Shown: positions 63,388 to 64,000 of the stretch, piece after piece
Layout: each line of letters opens with the position of its first letter
How positions within the stretch are numbered: the stretch's first letter is position 1
Source: an uncultured bacterium
GTDB lineage: Bacteria > Abyssobacteria > SURF-5
Assembly (NCBI GenBank): GCA_964607485.1
Contig: CAZSKP010000021.1
Location: 13,500-77,499 of the forward strand
Length of the DNA stretch: 64,000 bases
Direction: 5' to 3'
The notes under the pieces: model-generated
Databases searched by the model: none
Told to the model about the DNA's origin: nothing
Seen by the model: only the letters and a program-made list of their open reading frames with translations
Program-made: the position numbers and the translations under genes

Positions 63388-63997
63388 GTGCCAGCTCAAC
63401 TCCCAGTCGAAAGCATTCGACGTCCTCGGGCCGACCATCTTCTTCGAGGGCCGCGAGCAGATGTGTCTCGGAAACCGGCAGGCGCGTCAGGCCGGATGCG
63501 ATACCCAGCGAAATGGCGTTCATCGCGCGCGAATGGCCGAACCTCTCGCGCGCCATTTCCGTCAGGTTCCACACATGGATCTTCTTCGTAATCCGTTCGA
63601 GCATTTCCACGATGGCCTGTGTCGGAGGGTATTCGGCTTCGCCGAGCTTCACCGGTATCGGCGGAAGCGGAAACGAGTTCAGAATCACCGTCGAAGCCTC
63701 GTTCAGGTATCGCGCCAGCCGCGCCGCTTCGAGCGGTTCCAGGCCTATCAGCAGGTCGGCGCCTCCCGCACAGAGCATCGGAGAGCAGACCTCGTGCCGT
63801 TCGTCCGGTTCACGGCCATTGTCCTGCCATTGGTATCGTATGATGGACGACACGTGTCCCTCGCGCTGGGCTCCGCCCCTCCGCTCGGAGCCGCTCACGT
63901 GAATGCCGGCCCTGAGCGCCGCCTTCTTCAGGAGCGTCCCAAGCGTGATTACCCCCTGCCCCCCTATGCCGGCGATGAGCGCATTATAGACGGGCAT
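63374..63997 (-). CDS. iorB: indolepyruvate:ferredoxin oxidoreductase beta subunit-like (2-oxoacid oxidoreductase gamma family)
   Basis: IAGIGGQGVI, GGAQREGHV, ADLLIGLEPLEAAR, NAISLG; TAATG overlap with an upstream gene beyond the window edge. Confidence 0.82.
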   Translation of the reverse strand: MPVYNALIAGIGGQGVITLGTLLKKAALRAGIHVSGSERRGGAQREGHVSSIIRYQWQDNGREPDERHEVCSPMLCAGGADLLIGLEPLEAARLARYLNEASTVILNSFPLPPIPVKLGEAEYPPTQAIVEMLERITKKIHVWNLTEMARERFGHSRAMNAISLGIASGLTRLPVSETHLLAALEEDGRPEDVECFRLGVELAHERG

Positions 63998-64000
63998 TAC

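Noticed and set aside
1-64000. CRISPR array, DGR/retron reverse transcriptase, selenocysteine read-through, rRNA
   Set aside because: By eye I found no regularly spaced repeats, no RT motifs, no in-frame TGA at a catalytic Cys position and no rRNA-like sequence; a computational scan was not possible

Overview
GC-rich chromosomal segment from a bacterium, probably an anaerobic diderm (an LpxD-like acyltransferase, IorB, a ferredoxin and HypAB are present). It is gene-dense and mostly housekeeping: rplM-rpsI, mutS, miaB, hisBH, pcrA, pheA, tRNA-Gln-glmU-rplY-pth-ilvD-ilvB-ilvN, leuC, folC, ROK and PfkB kinases, tRNA-Gly, and a 6S RNA in an ORF-free gap. I saw no transposase, integrase, prophage or CRISPR array, only short palindromic REP/RPE-like elements. 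The notable accessory loci are: (1) a PadR-headed minus-strand operon (563-9380) encoding MoxR/CoxD, VWA/CoxE, an acyl-CoA dehydrogenase, HypB, a Cys-rich Fe-S protein, HypA and a soluble SdhA/SdhB-like pair with an altered substrate pocket, with no hydrogenase nearby; (2) a sensor histidine kinase with an OmpA-type peptidoglycan-binding domain inserted in its periplasmic Cache-like region, paired with a sigma54 activator; (3) a histidine-kinase-like protein lacking the phosphoacceptor His; (4) a MerR-like HTH::FlhG/MinD fusion followed by an ExeA-like ATPase and a small protein; (5) an MshEN-HDOD fusion and a sigma54-type promoter ahead of an unknown membrane protein. All calls are by eye from motifs; no database searches were run.
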